A DNA stretch of 39,977 nt from Callorhinchus milii (lineage: Eukaryota). A program made the position numbers and the translations under genes. Below, piece by piece: positions 22,374-35,590 of this stretch (position 1 is its first letter; every line of letters starts with the position of its first letter). A model generated the notes under the pieces. That model saw only the letters and a program-made list of their open reading frames with translations. It made no database searches and was not told the DNA's origin. The stretch spans positions 1-39,977 of the forward strand of contig NW_024705490.1 of assembly GCF_018977255.1 (NCBI RefSeq). Reading direction: 5' to 3'.

Positions 22374-25300
22374 TTGGGTACACCTGCAGAGACAACATAC
22401 GCGAACGCGTCGCGGCTGGTTTGTAACTACTGCATTCCTGGGGCCGCCCCGTGTTTACAGTATGGTTGTCTGTTCCGGATATTATCCGTGAAGCATCATA
22501 GTGTCACCTCGAGTGCAACGCTAAGTGCAACTCATGAACACACTTGTCTCACGTTCACCAAAGTACTGTAGCCGAGGACCCGGCTCGCTGATTATGTGAT
22601 GAGGCGACTAGCTCCACCACATTTCAGGTCCACACCAAGAGGCAGAAGTGAAACCGCTAGCATGAACCTAAGGAAGAGGCATTCTGAAATAAAACTGACC
22701 GGGTATGTAGGTGCCAGCGCTTGACTGAGGCGGTGTTCAGGCCGATATCACGAGGGAAATTTACTGGGTCCTCCGTTTCGGTTGAAAAATGGCTTGGTCG
22801 GAGACAATCCCAGCTCCATACTCAATGCTTTATATTTAACTCTCCGAGGGATTTTGATGAGCGGCGTACGGCAAAAGGTGGACACATCCCTCCATCTTTC
22901 TGATGTGGGCACATGGGTTGTCATCACCCATGTTGATCGCGGCGGTCTTTCGGGTACTAGTCCAATTCGTTACTTCTTGCCAGATAACTATGCATGCTGG
23001 TTGCCTGCGCGCATCATGACACCTTGACCGGGAGGCCTAAAGCCAAGCGCGTGAGGCTCACCGTGATCAATGAAGGCGCAGATAAATCCTCTTTAACAAC
23101 GAGGAGCCTACCGGCCGTATCTAGCGAGTTCCTCAGTGTCGTTTCCATGATATAGGGCGCTTAAGCGCGACATATAGCCATCCAGAGTATAGATAGCGTT
23201 GTCCCGCCGTAAAAGACCGGAGTCGCCGTGGCATCGTGTGAGTCAGCGCTGCTCTTTGCTGGGACCATCTCCAACAACAGACAATACCTACACAGCTGCA
23301 ATCGCAAGCCACAGGTACTATCAGCCTTACAGTGCATAATATACCAAGCGTTGAACACTTGTCTATCTGGGTGATAGCGTCCACAGACGAAGGCGATGGC
23401 CTGCAGACACATCCTTGGGGTATCTCGCTGGAACTCGATTGCCATGTCTCCATTCAATCTTAGGCAATGAACCTTGAATCGTTCAGCCACTTCGTTCTTG
23501 TGTGGTCTTAGTGAGTGTCTCAAAGTGACCCAGACTGTAACGAACTCAAGTGCCGCTGGTTTAACCCCAGTAAAAAATTTAGATGGGAACGCCGCCCAAA
23601 GTGGATAAATAGGGACTGGTGTAATGCGTACGCTAACGACTCTGGCCGCCAATTGGCTTCTCGGACGTCAATATGGGCGACCGGTTTGCATAATGCCTTC
23701 TCAGCGCAGACCGGGAGGAACGGACCACCGCTTTTTTCCTCTGCAGTAGGCCGGACGTGTCGTATATAATAGATGAGGCCGGTGATGCCTCAATATGAAA
23801 ATTGAAGTGTCCTTACCTCTATACGCCAAGCACAACGTCAAGTTCATCCCAGTTCGATGTAAGGGGGAAGTGTTCCTTAATAGTCAGGGCAGCTCCACAT
23901 GTGCAGGGGCATACCGCAAGTGAGTTCTTACGGTGCTTCGAAAACATCAAACATAAACACCACCTTTTAGCATGCAACCAAGGTTTCTAGGCCGAAAAAC
24001 CTGTCTAGCATTATGCTAAATGTCATATTTATGTGGCAATGGCTAAACTTTTACCCTAACACATTCAGGCCCGTTGCGACTTTCGTCGTAAGTAGCCCTA
24101 CGGTGACCTTACTGGGTATGGGTGAGAGCGAGCTCCGTTGCTACCTCACCTAGTGCTCGGCCTGAGTTTGGACACGATCTTGCTTAGGCCCGCGCGTATC
24201 ATTATGTCAGACTGGAGAGAAATACAACGGCGTGAGAATAATTTCATTTTGGGCAATTGGGAGGGCATTTGATCCCTGCCGATATGCATGGAGAATTTTC
24301 CGCTGGATGATATAAACATTCGTCGGCGCTTACATCTTATCGTGACTGGACAGGCTCACAGCTTGTTGTCGGTACACACACCGCACCAGGTGTATTAAGG
24401 AGCCTATAAGTGATGATGCGTGATTAGTGAAGCGGGAGCAATTACCAAACGGGGTCCCTTCGAATAAGAGCCTCTATAAGAACGGCTCATACCTCCATCA
24501 TGTTTGTCTCTTCCTCCTTCCAAGAGTGTGCTTGATGCACGACTTGCAGGGCTCGTGAACATCGAACCGCGGAATCACCTGCGCATGACAATCAGCGATC
24601 AGGCACCGTCCAATGGGAGCACCCGGTAGTTGACTCCAAAAGATGTTACCGTATGATTAGCCTACACGCGCCGCGAAGCGAACACGACTAACCGTCGTAG
24701 CAGTGTGTGAAGCAATACTCTGCTAGTGCTGGAAAGTAGGGGAGAGCCGGCACGGTGAAAATGGAACGTCTGACTTGTCGATATACACCCTTCACGAAAG
24801 TTGTATTGTGGGTTCTCAACGTGAGCTAGGATTCAAACGGCTTTTGGATGCTAAAGTCGATACGGCGACGCTACGGGGTGGCTGATGATTTTACGCACAG
24901 GAGGGCCTGCGATGCAGTTGTCCTCAACCTAAGTGTTTTGGCCTTGGAGACGGGAGGGCCGTAAAGCGAGGGGAAGAGCTTCACGTCGACAAGGAGTTCG
25001 TTTATTATCTTGCACAGGCAGACCGCATAACTATCTTACGATTTTTCACTATAGGTCTACGAGTCCACGGGCGCTTGAAGTCCCAATGCTTACCCCGCCC
25101 TTTGATGGCGTGACTCTCAAATAGATAGTAAGTCGTCAGCATGGCTGAAAACGCTCCGACAACTATTATGTGCGCCACCCACATAGATGCATACCTGACG
25201 TCACAATCGCCCATTTGACGACGAACCGCGCCAAGCAGAACGTATGTGTTGTGGCTACACACGTGAACACAGGATCCTAAATTTAGTATTGCTCAAAGCA

Positions 25301-28300
25301 TACCCGGATGAACTGATTCTGAATCATCATGAATGCAACGCTCCGGCCTCGCAGGGCGAGAGATGATCCCGAGAGTCTTCACAGTAGCTGTTCTAAGCTC
25401 CGCAGTATCCCGAATCCAGTGCTTGGTGTAGTAAGATATGATTCGAGGGACATGAGGCGCCCCTGGTTCAGTACACACAGGCCTCCGTATCTGATGGAGG
25501 GAGCTTAGGAGCGTACTCAAGATGTACGACACGGCCAAGTGTATCTTGCGACCATAGGGGCTTTGCATCTCTCACGATATGGATCCTTCTGTTCCGCACG
25601 CGCTTCCGGTTAGAGGTGTACGTAACAGCTTGGCAGTTAAAGTTGACTTAAAGAAATCTGCGTTTTAACTTGCATTAATTTCTCAGTCACAGCCGTAAGC
25701 AGTGATGCCCACATTCTTAGCTACAAATCGAACGGCGAAAAGAAGCTCATGAGTAAATGTAAGTTGGGGATCCCTACCCTAGACAAGAGTACAGCGTAAT
25801 AAGGAGTAGTTGGTGACAGGGATTAAGGTCCTCGTATGGTGAACCCGGCGCTAGCTGCCCACATGGGCCCCTAGGCATGTAAATTGCAAGGCAGGTGGGT
25901 TGCCGGCATGTGCAGCCGGATTATAAAGAACTCATGATTCGCGTGCGGTTGGGACCGTGTAGTCGGCATGCAGGGACCATCAGGCCATCGCATCCTCAAA
26001 TTCAGCTAGGCGGAGTTCTAGGTCGAATTGTCTGCGATGAAGCGAAGGTCGTGACGTGTAAGACTTGCAGATAAAACTTAGTGTTGCGATGGTCAGTGGG
26101 AGACACTTTGCATCATACAAGATGAGTGGCGAATCTGTACTACTATCGGGTTTTAGGACGGCGGAGGTACAGGAAGGAGACAATTTTATCAGGAGGATAG
26201 ATGTAGTTGCTTTTGGTGAGGCTAAAAGGATCGCAGAGCGTGAAGACTTTAGACTCCCTCCAGTTGTAGGTAAGGGACACTCACAGTTAACACCGATCTC
26301 CGCTCGTCATCCAGCATTAAGCACAATGGGAGGTCTGTCCCGGGCTATGGGACGCTGGACCGCTAAAGACATCCCGTCCGAACGCATCCGTCTCAAATGG
26401 CCACGTCAAGTGCGATTGTAGGCTCCATGTTAAGGTGGAGCGTCCCTCAGCCCATGCGCAGCGGTTCCGGTGCCAACTACACAAATTACTATTCTGGCTT
26501 TCAAGTTAACATACGGAAGCTCCCACAAGGAGGACTATATATATGGCAGCGGGCTAGAACAGATGCCACACTTCCGGCTGGGCGCTCAGTCCAGGATTAC
26601 ATGCCCGATTGGGGAAGTTGAGCACAGATTAGGTTTTAACTTGCGTGCCTCGGGCGGCGCTTTGCAATCGAGCCGGGGTCGACAATCGCGGCTGGAGCGA
26701 GCGTCCTGTTATTGAGAGTAAGGTAGCGAGCTAGTGGAAGTAGTTGTACTTGATGACAGAGCGGTCAAATCCTTCGTTGTGCGCTGGCTGAGAGTTAACG
26801 TGGTGCACTTCCCCTTCATATCTATGTGGTAGCGCACAGTAATGGAACTTGGCACTACGTTAGACTCGGGAGACGTAGTGACTTCGCACTACGGCCATCA
26901 GCTCCATATACCCCGCGGGTCATAGTTATATCTTCACTCTCAACCTTGTCCCAATGAGCGGTTACCCGCATCGGGCCGTAAGGGCCTGAGAGTCTGCGTT
27001 TCCGATAACGAGACCACGCTCTCGACCCGTGGTGCCACCATGTTAAGTTCGGTTCAGGTCCGGGATTGTCCCGGCGCGTAACAATCTTCTCCGTAGACTC
27101 CTTCGGCGCAGCGTTTATCCCGATGGGTTACGTACGATATCAGAAAGTAACATTCGCAGGTACCCATCAGATAGTCAGTGCATCGGTCGCGTGTCTAGGA
27201 CAAGGGGTGATCCACCGCTTGTCTTGTGCATCTCCCGTTCGACTATCAGTCTCCTTGATCCCTAATATTATAACCTCGACGCAACAATCCGTTGCCCGTA
27301 GGGCATACGGGGACGGTTGGTCGCAATCAAAAACGGTTAATTTGGGTCAGGGTGGAAACCATTCTGCCTTCAGAATCATTCGAAGACTACCGAACGCAAA
27401 GACGTGGCCTATATTTCTCATTTAGCCGTGTGGCGCAGACCACATACAAAGACAAGCCTAAATGGTGATTTGCGCGCCACTCGGTGGGAAATACATTCAT
27501 TGATGTGCTTAAAATCCACTCTGACCTGGTGATGATAATGAGACCCTTTGATGATAGCGTTCGGAAAGCACTAACGGAGATGCGACAATGCTTGCTCCCA
27601 CAAATATCCCCCTTTTCCCAAAGTTGCCTGTAAAATTAAGTATGTGGAATTAACGCATCGTCCGCCAAGTTACTAGGTGGAGCCATTGATCTCCGTATCG
27701 GAAGACCTGACCGCCGCAAGAAGTCGGTCAGATGGCAACAGGCTTCCGAAACATTGCCGGTGCACTGATCGAGGCATATGGACCCTCGTGCTCGTACATG
27801 TCAGACGAACCGCGCGGCCAGCGTTACATTGTCTTCCGTAGGTGTGCTATCTACGAGTTGAACGAGGGGTCGACATCGCTATCACTGATTAAAATATGGT
27901 CAATCACGGTAGCCAAGTTCTGGTCGCGATCGTACACGGATTGGCCGGCGGGATAGCCCCATTGGGATAACGAGAGCCCTGTGCGTGCGGATAGCGCCCT
28001 TGCGACGTCAGGGTGAGAAAGTCCTTAATTTCTGCCTGAGCGTGTATCGGACAACAGCCTTGTGCACGTTTGGACACGACTGGTATCAAGGACCTACAGG
28101 AGTACGGATGTCCACATATCGAAGAGGCGGATTTTGGCGGCAATGAGCGAGACGGTTCATAATCCTTTAAGCATGAGAACTAACTGCCCGTTTTAGTGGT
28201 GCCATGAAAAAGTACGGCTTACTTTTCCCTAGAGTAAGTGACACTGAGCTTGTAAGGACCATAGGTATGGTGTGCAAGCGTCGCCTGGACGCGGTACTAA

Positions 28301-29690
28301 CTGCGTTTAACTAAGCATCATCGGCATGGTGAAAACGAATTGGCCCTGGTGGCGGATATTTCTAATTCTCTGGTTCAAAGATCACCTCTTGTCACCATGC
28401 ACTCCGCCTAAAGTGGAATACTCGGGAGATTTGGCGTACATCTAAGGTACTAGGTCTTTCCGCCTACAACATTGATGGGTCAGCTGCCTCACGCTGATCC
28501 ACCCAATGGTATCAGCCTAAGACTCGGATGAAAACCCGGCTCGTTAAAGGCTCGACAAGCGCTGCACCCACCTGGGTTAATGACATCATGCTATCGCTCA
28601 CGCGTCGATCAAGTTCAGGATCCGCTAGACATAATTAGGCCACCGAACGGTTTCGTGTTTCGCGCATAATCGCCACTCGGCATTAAAGCGTCGTGTGGAT
28701 AGTCCCGGAGCGATATACCTTCACCCATCTTGGCCTTCAGGATTTTAGAAGTAGTCTACGGGCATGCTGCGAACTCTATTCGGTAAGAACGTTATGAATG
28801 TTTAGTTAACGATCTGAGGTTAGTAAAAGTATACACCACCAGGATAATCGTGAATTACTCGCTGCAGCTCTAGCGCGTATAACTATGCTTTAGGACTCAT
28901 GGCTTCTTTTCCCGGGGACCATAGGATAATCGCGTAGGAGTTCGTGGACACACTACATTAGTTCGTGTCTGCGGGGTAGGCTCGTGGTGTGCGGTACTTA
29001 GGCTCCTTATTGAGCACTGAGTCCTGGTGCCAAGTGAGCGTAATTTAACATGCTTGTACAAACATGACCCATAGGTCCTTCGCATGAATGCACTCTGCTG
29101 CAAATCAGCAGACCGCGGGAGTTAACATTCATATAGCTTGCTTCACCCCCCGTGCGAACATATGCTCCCCCATTTGGTCGGGCGTGTTATTCAAAATTGA
29201 TCAAGGTCTTCGGAAATTCTCCGATAAGTCCCTGTGTCAGGCTTTCTCGCACATGACACATTTAACACACTGCGCCCGGCCCTGTTATAAGAAATGGTCA
29301 GGCCGATCTCTGGAATCATATTATCCTACGTGCGGTTGCACCCTCGTAGCGTAGAACCAAAATGTGTCATCCCGGGCTTTTCAAGGTATTCGGCTTCTGA
29401 AAGGTTAACTGAGGCCTTTACCTCTCGTTTCTCCAATGCCCTCCTTCGTTGTTAGGGCTGCGACGAGGGTTCCTGAGGAGACCTCGATGTTCGAGCAGTC
29501 GGATGTAAGACCTTTTAAAAGAGGCATTGCATCAGATTCGCTGATCAGTAAGATATAACCATGAGGCTCTGTATGGATTGTATTTCGGTTTAGTATTTGT
29601 CAGGTCCTCCTAAAGATGACCATCCATAGGCAGCATCGGCATTCCTTGACAAAATCCTCGATATACCCCCTCTGTGGCTATTAGACGTGC
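22374..29690. other. random-looking, repeat-free block with no recognisable feature
   Basis: Roughly even base use, plentiful CpG and TpA, no long homopolymers or microsatellites, none of the local TE families, longest ORF 163 aa without motifs. The right edge is approximate. Confidence 0.8.
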
Positions 29691-29700
29691 ACCGGCTTAC

Positions 29701-29805
29701 CACAAGGAGAAGTGTTCGCACTTTCCTAAGCTCTTGTTTTGCTTCTTCAGAAGACACATTTAAAGAAATCAGCTGACATAACGCACTTTCTGCCTCTCTG
29801 TAACG
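29701..29805 (-). CDS. TTC31: TTC31-like exon (TPR3 and capping helix)
   Basis: TTGACAG|RYREAESALCQLISLNVSSEEAKQELRKVRTLLLV|GTAAGC, phase 0-0. Confidence 0.85.
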
Positions 29806-30860
29806 CTGTCAAATTAACAAACACAACACGTGTTTAGTCAGAAACTTACATGCGCAATGGAAGGTCAGTAGGCATGTAACAATTAAATAAATGCATGCAT
29901 ACAACAATTGATGGACTTATTTGAATGCACACAGTACAAGACAGAACATGAGAAAATCCAAAGGAGAAATAAAGTAATTTTATCCTTGAATTGAATTGCA
30001 ACACCTGTTCCTGACGATTCATATAATGGTGGGGGGGGTGAGTAACTCCACGACTTACTGAGCAATTGAAACGGACAATTTGAACAAAGCCAAATACTCC
30101 ACAGGCTGTTTTTCTTCTGCAGGGTCGAGAGAAAGTGTGAACCCCTTCGGATTTTCACATCTTTTACATATTTCAAACCTAAAATGTTATTAGATCTTAA
30201 TCTAAGTCCTAATAATAACAACGATAACACGATTAAACAAATGAAACATAAAACGTGATATTTGTTTTCGATTTAAAGCTTTCGTGACTGCAGGGATTCC
30301 TCTTCTTGGTTCTTTCGGTAAAGTCACGTAGAAGGGAAGTAATAAAATAATAAAAATAAAACATAATAAAATAATTCTCACGACGTTTCGGCCACAACGC
30401 AAGCATTTTAAGTTAAATATGAAAAAAAAATTTCCTACAAAGTGTAAAGTTATGGAAAATTTTTTCACGAAAATAAATTGTCACGCACAACGAGTCTGTG
30501 TGCAAAATATCAGCTTGATTGGATCACGGGAAGTGGGTTAAAAAACGACCGAAAGATTTGCACGGTCGTAAGCGCGCAAGCAAGCAAGCGAACTTAATAT
30601 AAAGGATTTTAAAATAAATATTAACTTGATAAACGAGCGACGTCTTGCAATACGAGCAGTACATATAGTATACGCTTTGTCACGTGATCACGACTGATAA
30701 ACAACGAGTGCTTTGATATACGAGTGCTTTGGATTACAAACGATTTATGCTCGCAATCCAAGGTTTTACTGTAATTAGTCCTTTATCTTTAAAAAGCCAG
30801 TCAACGGTGTAATGCAAATTGCACGTGAACTGTCAAAGATTGCAAACACAGCAGCCTTAC

Positions 30861-31002
30861 CTTCAGTCCAATGCAAGCCCGCGCTTGTCTGAAGTATCCC
30901 CGGGGCCATGTTGGGTTTAGATATATAGCGATCTCCGCATCGAACAAGGCATCAGTGTACAATCCAAGATGTTCCAAACAAAATGACCGATTTCCATAAA
31001 AT
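30861..31002 (-). CDS. TTC31: TTC31-like exon (TPR2-3)
   Basis: CACCAG|(R)FYGNRSFCLEHLGLYTDALFDAEIAIYLNPTWPRGYFRQARACIGLK|GTAAGG; resembles the TTC31 GNRSFC..AL.DA..A..L.P.WPRG pattern as recalled. Confidence 0.9.
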
Positions 31003-31591
31003 CTGGTGAATAATGACACAGATGAGAAATCAAATCCAATTGACAGACCATCTTTAGAATTCGATTGCTCCGAATTGAACTAGGCCATGTGGATAAGACA
31101 CTCTTGAAATCACACTGAACGTTGACGGAAAAAATGTCTGCGTCTGATTGGAAACATGTAGGTAACAGATCAACACGTTAAAAAATTAACCCGTAAAAAC
31201 AAAGTTTTTCACTATAAATCCTTTATACGCGTGGCATCGGTTTTATTTTATTATTCATTTCTGTTATTCTTGAGTAAGAGTTCCATTTTTATCACATTGC
31301 TATTTTAAATTAAATATGAAATTTTTTTTTCCTAAAAAGTAGCAAATTTTGGAAAAAAAATTTTCACGAAAATAAATTGTCACGCACAACGAGTCTGTGT
31401 GCAAAATGTCAGCTCGATTGGCTCACGGGAAGTGGGTTAAAAAACGACCGAAAAATGTGCACGGTCGTAAGCGCGCAAGCAAGCAAGCGAGTGAACTTAA
31501 TATAAAGGATTTAAAAATGTCTGCATCTGATTGGAAACATGTAGGTAACAGATCAACACGTTAAAAAGTTACACGTTGACAAGGTTGTTAT

Positions 31592-32814
31592 CCGTCTTTG
31601 TGGAAGAGGTACGCAGATGACACATTCGTCATCTGGCCACATGGCCTACCAGCTCTGAACCAATTCCTCAACCACATTAATTACATACACCCAGCCATCA
31701 CATTCACCATGGAGGTGGAAAAGTATGGCAAGTTACCATTCTTGGATGTATATTCTTAGGTTTTTTACCTACGTGACTTTACCGAAAAAACATAAGAATA
31801 TGAATCCTTGCAGTCACGAAAGCTTCAAATCTAGAATTCTTGGATGTTTTAATCGAAAAGAGAACTGATGGCTCAATGGGACACCCTGTCTACAGCAAAG
31901 CCGCCCATACGGATGCTTATCTAAAACCTGACTCCCACCACCATCCATCCCAAAAGAATTCCCTTATCAAAACGCTACACCATAGAGCTCCATGTATCTC
32001 CGACCATCATCACCGAGCCAGTGAACTTTATCACGTACACCAAGCTCTCAAGCTGAATGAATATTCGGACCACACAATCCGTAAAGCGTTCACCCCAAAC
32101 GTTGGGAAAGAACCATCAAAACCATCACCTTGCCATACATAGCAGGGGTCACCAAAATATTTCCTAAATCTTGAGCAAACACAAGATCCAGGCTCCATTT
32201 AACTCTACGTCAAATTCGTAATCTGATCCCATCTGTGAAGGATATGCAGTAATTCTAGATTTGAAGCTTTCGTGACTGCAAGGATTCATATTCTTAGGTT
32301 TTTTCGGTAAAGTCACCATGTAGGTAAAAACATTAAAATTAATAAAATTAAAATAAAATAAAATCACGACGTTTCGGAGGCAACACATCTACTTGATACA
32401 GCTGTCGTGGCTGTGACGGTTCCACCTGAAGACGGAAGCTTGTGTTGCCTCCGAAACGTCGTGATTTTTATTTTATTTTACTTTTATTAATTTTAATGTT
32501 TTTACCTACCTGGTGACTTTACCGAAAAAACCTAAGAATATGGATATGCAGTACCCTGGCGTCTCGGACCGTGTCGTGAGCATGAGGCGGATCTGAAACA
32601 CGGCAGGACCAACGCGTCGGCCGTGGCTGATCATTGTTTCAATGCGGTGGGCTCACACGATTTCTCTAAGATGAAGGTACTTTGTACGCGCACTGGCTAT
32701 CAACAAAGATTTGTTCATGAAGCCATCCATATATACAGACACAGTTTCAACCGAGAGGATGGGTACAAACTCGGCAATCATTGGAAAGACGTCATCAAGC
32801 AGTTTAAGTCGTAA
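31592..32814 (+). mobile_element. decayed Penelope-like element fragment (RT C-terminal half, thumb, partial GIY-YIG endonuclease), interrupted by two short insertions
   Basis: WKRYADDTFVIW..HPAITFTMEVE..LPFLDV; VYSKAAHTDAYL..SHHHPSQK; LPYIAGVT; REHE..SAVADH..EAIHI..FNREDGYKL..W. The GIY..YIG segment itself is deleted. Confidence 0.92.
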
Positions 32815-33394
32815 CTCGCTGTGATGTTCCCATCCTGCCAACTTTATCACGCAACATTTTGCCTTTAGAATGCATTATGCCTGTCACACACACACACGAC
32901 GTTGAACTGCCAAGCTACTTTCCATCAACTCAAATTGGCTGTATAGAAGTGTTTAATGCTCATGGAATGTTAATATTAGTATTCAAATTTTGCTTTAAAA
33001 ATTGTCAAGTTACACTATGAGATTCATAATCAACGTTGTTGGGTTTAGATGGCGTTATTTATAAATGTGTCGTAACCCTCCACCACCCGACACGGCCAAT
33101 CAGCAAAAAAGTGTCACGTTGACAAAAGACAAATAGTTCACTGCTTTAGCCCACCGGTGTGTTGAAGCATGAAGCCACAACATTTACAATTTTGAGTAGC
33201 ACGACGTTTCGCTGGTAATTGCATCCAGCATCATCGGGCAATTCGCCAGAATGGTGAGGCTCTGCTGTGTCTCCCGTTCTTATATAGAGCAGCAGCAGCA
33301 GGTGACGTCATCATTAACTCATCAACTCATTGATTATGAATAATATTGGTCGCGAAAGCCTACGTGTTAAACTACACTACGGGAGTTGACTTAC

Positions 33395-33485
33395 CGATGA
33401 TCTCGCGGACATAAGCTAATTGCGTCGGTAAACTTGTCAATGGCTTCTGCATAACTCTGTGTTCTGACCAAGCGATTACCTTGTA
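33395..33485 (-). CDS. TTC31: TTC31-like exon (TPR1)
   Basis: AAACAG|(I)QGNRLVRTQSYAEAIDKFTDAISLCPRDH(R)|GTAAGT, phase 1-2. Confidence 0.88.
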
Positions 33486-34238
33486 CTGTTTGGAACAAGA
33501 CGAAGTTGCAAGTTAACATTTGTAGGCCATAAGTAGTACTAATCACATACCTGCATTTCCCATATCACATACCTGCATTTCCCTTATCCCCCTCCCTTTG
33601 ATGCTGCTAATCCTGCATAATGCACGGGCATAAGTAGTACTAATCACATATCTGCATTTCCCATAAATATGCTAAATTCCTCTTGATATGCAAATTATTT
33701 TTTCAAGGCGCCCCCTTTCTTCCCCCTTCCAACCCAGCTTATATACATGCTCCAAGCGCGTGTGCTGTTTCATTCAGACGCTGTCGCCTCGACAGACCTG
33801 GTTTTCACCTGAGGACGGCTACTTGCGTTGTGGCCGAAACGTCGTGAGAAAATTTTATTATTATTATTTTATTACTTCCCTTCTACGTGACTTTACCGAA
33901 AGAAGCAAGAAGATTTGTAGGTCACTTGGCAAAATCTAAAATGAATTGTGGATCACACGATCTGCGTGCTATGGACACAATAAATAACGCAATGTAACCC
34001 TTTCCCATGACGGTATGTCTCTCGCCCTGAAGACTTAACGAGGCACCTGGCACATGGTTTGGCACCGTCCATCATAGTGCGGTCGTGTCGCGGCGAGGAT
34101 AATGCCTTTCAAAAGAACGGCGCTACGCCTCTCTAAATAACATTAATGCGAGCCACTTGCAACTTGCACATGTCTCTATTATTTTATTTGTTCCCTTCTA
34201 CGTGACTTACCGAAAGAACCAAGAATATAGATCAACCT

Positions 34239-34638
34239 TGATAATTGGTTTGATACCCTTCTATCTGGCAACAAAACTGACACCTTTTTGTACAAGGAGT
34301 CGTGTTTGCATAGAACACAATACCTGCAGTCATAATGCAAACAAAAAACACAACTCTGATAATGTACGCACTGTCCTTGAAGTTGATTGGTCCACACCCG
34401 AGACAGCTTTCCTTAGAGCCTAGTCTCACATGGGTTGGACCAGATGACGCCAAAAGGCACTAAGGAAAGCTGTCTCGGGTGTGGACAACTCAACTTCAAG
34501 GACAGTGCATACATTATCAGAGTTATGTTTTTTGTTTGCATTATGACTGCAGGTATTGTGGTCTATGCAAACATGACTCCTTGTAAAAAAAAAAGTGTCA
34601 GTTTTGTTGCCAGATAGAAGGGTAAAAACCAATTATCA
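34239..34638. repeat. fold-back inverted repeat (~180-bp arms, 35-nt spacer), MITE-like
   Basis: 34239-34420 is the near-perfect reverse complement of 34456-34638. Confidence 0.92.
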
Positions 34639-34685
34639 TATTTTTTACTGGCAAATGAGGTTCCAATGGTGTAGATGAACCTTAC

Positions 34686-34755
34686 TTGCAATCTTGATGC
34701 TGCGTCGAGCAAACGTGTCAGGACGTGGTTCCTGGGGTCCAGCGCTGGCGGGAGC
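34686..34755 (-). CDS. TTC31: TTC31-like exon
   Basis: CCCGTAG|APASAGPQEPRPDTFARRSIKIA(I)|GTAAGG, phase 0-1. Confidence 0.75.
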
Positions 34756-35515
34756 CTACGGGGAGAGCAAGCGGTGCAGTTAGCGCAGCTCGCTCAGGAT
34801 GACAACAACAGACGAAGTTGCTTCTAGATTTAAAGCTTTCGTGACTGCAAGGATTCATATTCTTAGGTTTTTTCGGTAAAGTCACCATGTAGGTAAAAAC
34901 ACAAAAATTAATAAAATTAAAATAAAATAAAAATCACGGTTTCAGAGGCAACACATCTACTTGATACAGCTGTCGTGGCTGTGACGGTTCCACCTGAAGA
35001 CGGAAGCTTGTGTTGCCTCCGAAACGTCGTGATTTTTATTTTATTTTACTTTTATTAATTTTAATGTTTTTACCTACCTGGTGACTTTACCGAAAAAACC
35101 TAAGAATAAGACGAGGTTGCATTACGCACGAGATTAGATTAAGAAGCACACGTCATTGACAGAAAGAGCGAGTGGGAAAACAACACCGACCAAATAATAC
35201 GCAGTGTAATCGTGGGATGGACAGACATTTCTGGGTGATTATAGTCGGTAATTTGCTCGTTTGAAAAGCTGCTTGTCGGCATTGATCAATAACGTGAAGA
35301 GGACAACGGAGGCTTTGAAGTTGTGAACCTGATCTCATTCTTATACGACCTTGTAGACATATTTGTGTTGGTCACTCATGGTGACGTCACTCCACATAGA
35401 CACGCCCCCAGGTGACGTCACTCCACATGGACACCCCCTCCGCCCCCATTCACGATAATTAGCGGCTAGCGCCACATCAACTCCATTGGGCTGTAACGGC
35501 GCTAGACGAACGCAC

Positions 35516-35590
35516 CTCTCCGTCGTCGTCTTCCGGCTTCTCGTGCCGCTCTTTCCTTCCTCTCTCTTGCCGCTTTCTCTCCCTCCGCCT
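35516..35590 (-). CDS. TTC31: TTC31-like exon (charged coiled coil)
   Basis: TCCGCAG|RRRERKRQERGRKERHEKPEDDDGE|GTGCG, phase 0-0. Confidence 0.75.

Noticed and set aside
22374..29690. Short ORFs (60-163 aa) and a possible hidden array or virus insert in the random-like block
   Set aside because: No motifs, codon bias or repeated units seen by eye; ORF lengths look like chance expectation.
35380..35430. Tandem TGACGTCA (CRE) sites
   Set aside because: Part of a small local duplication in an intron, with no other support for function.
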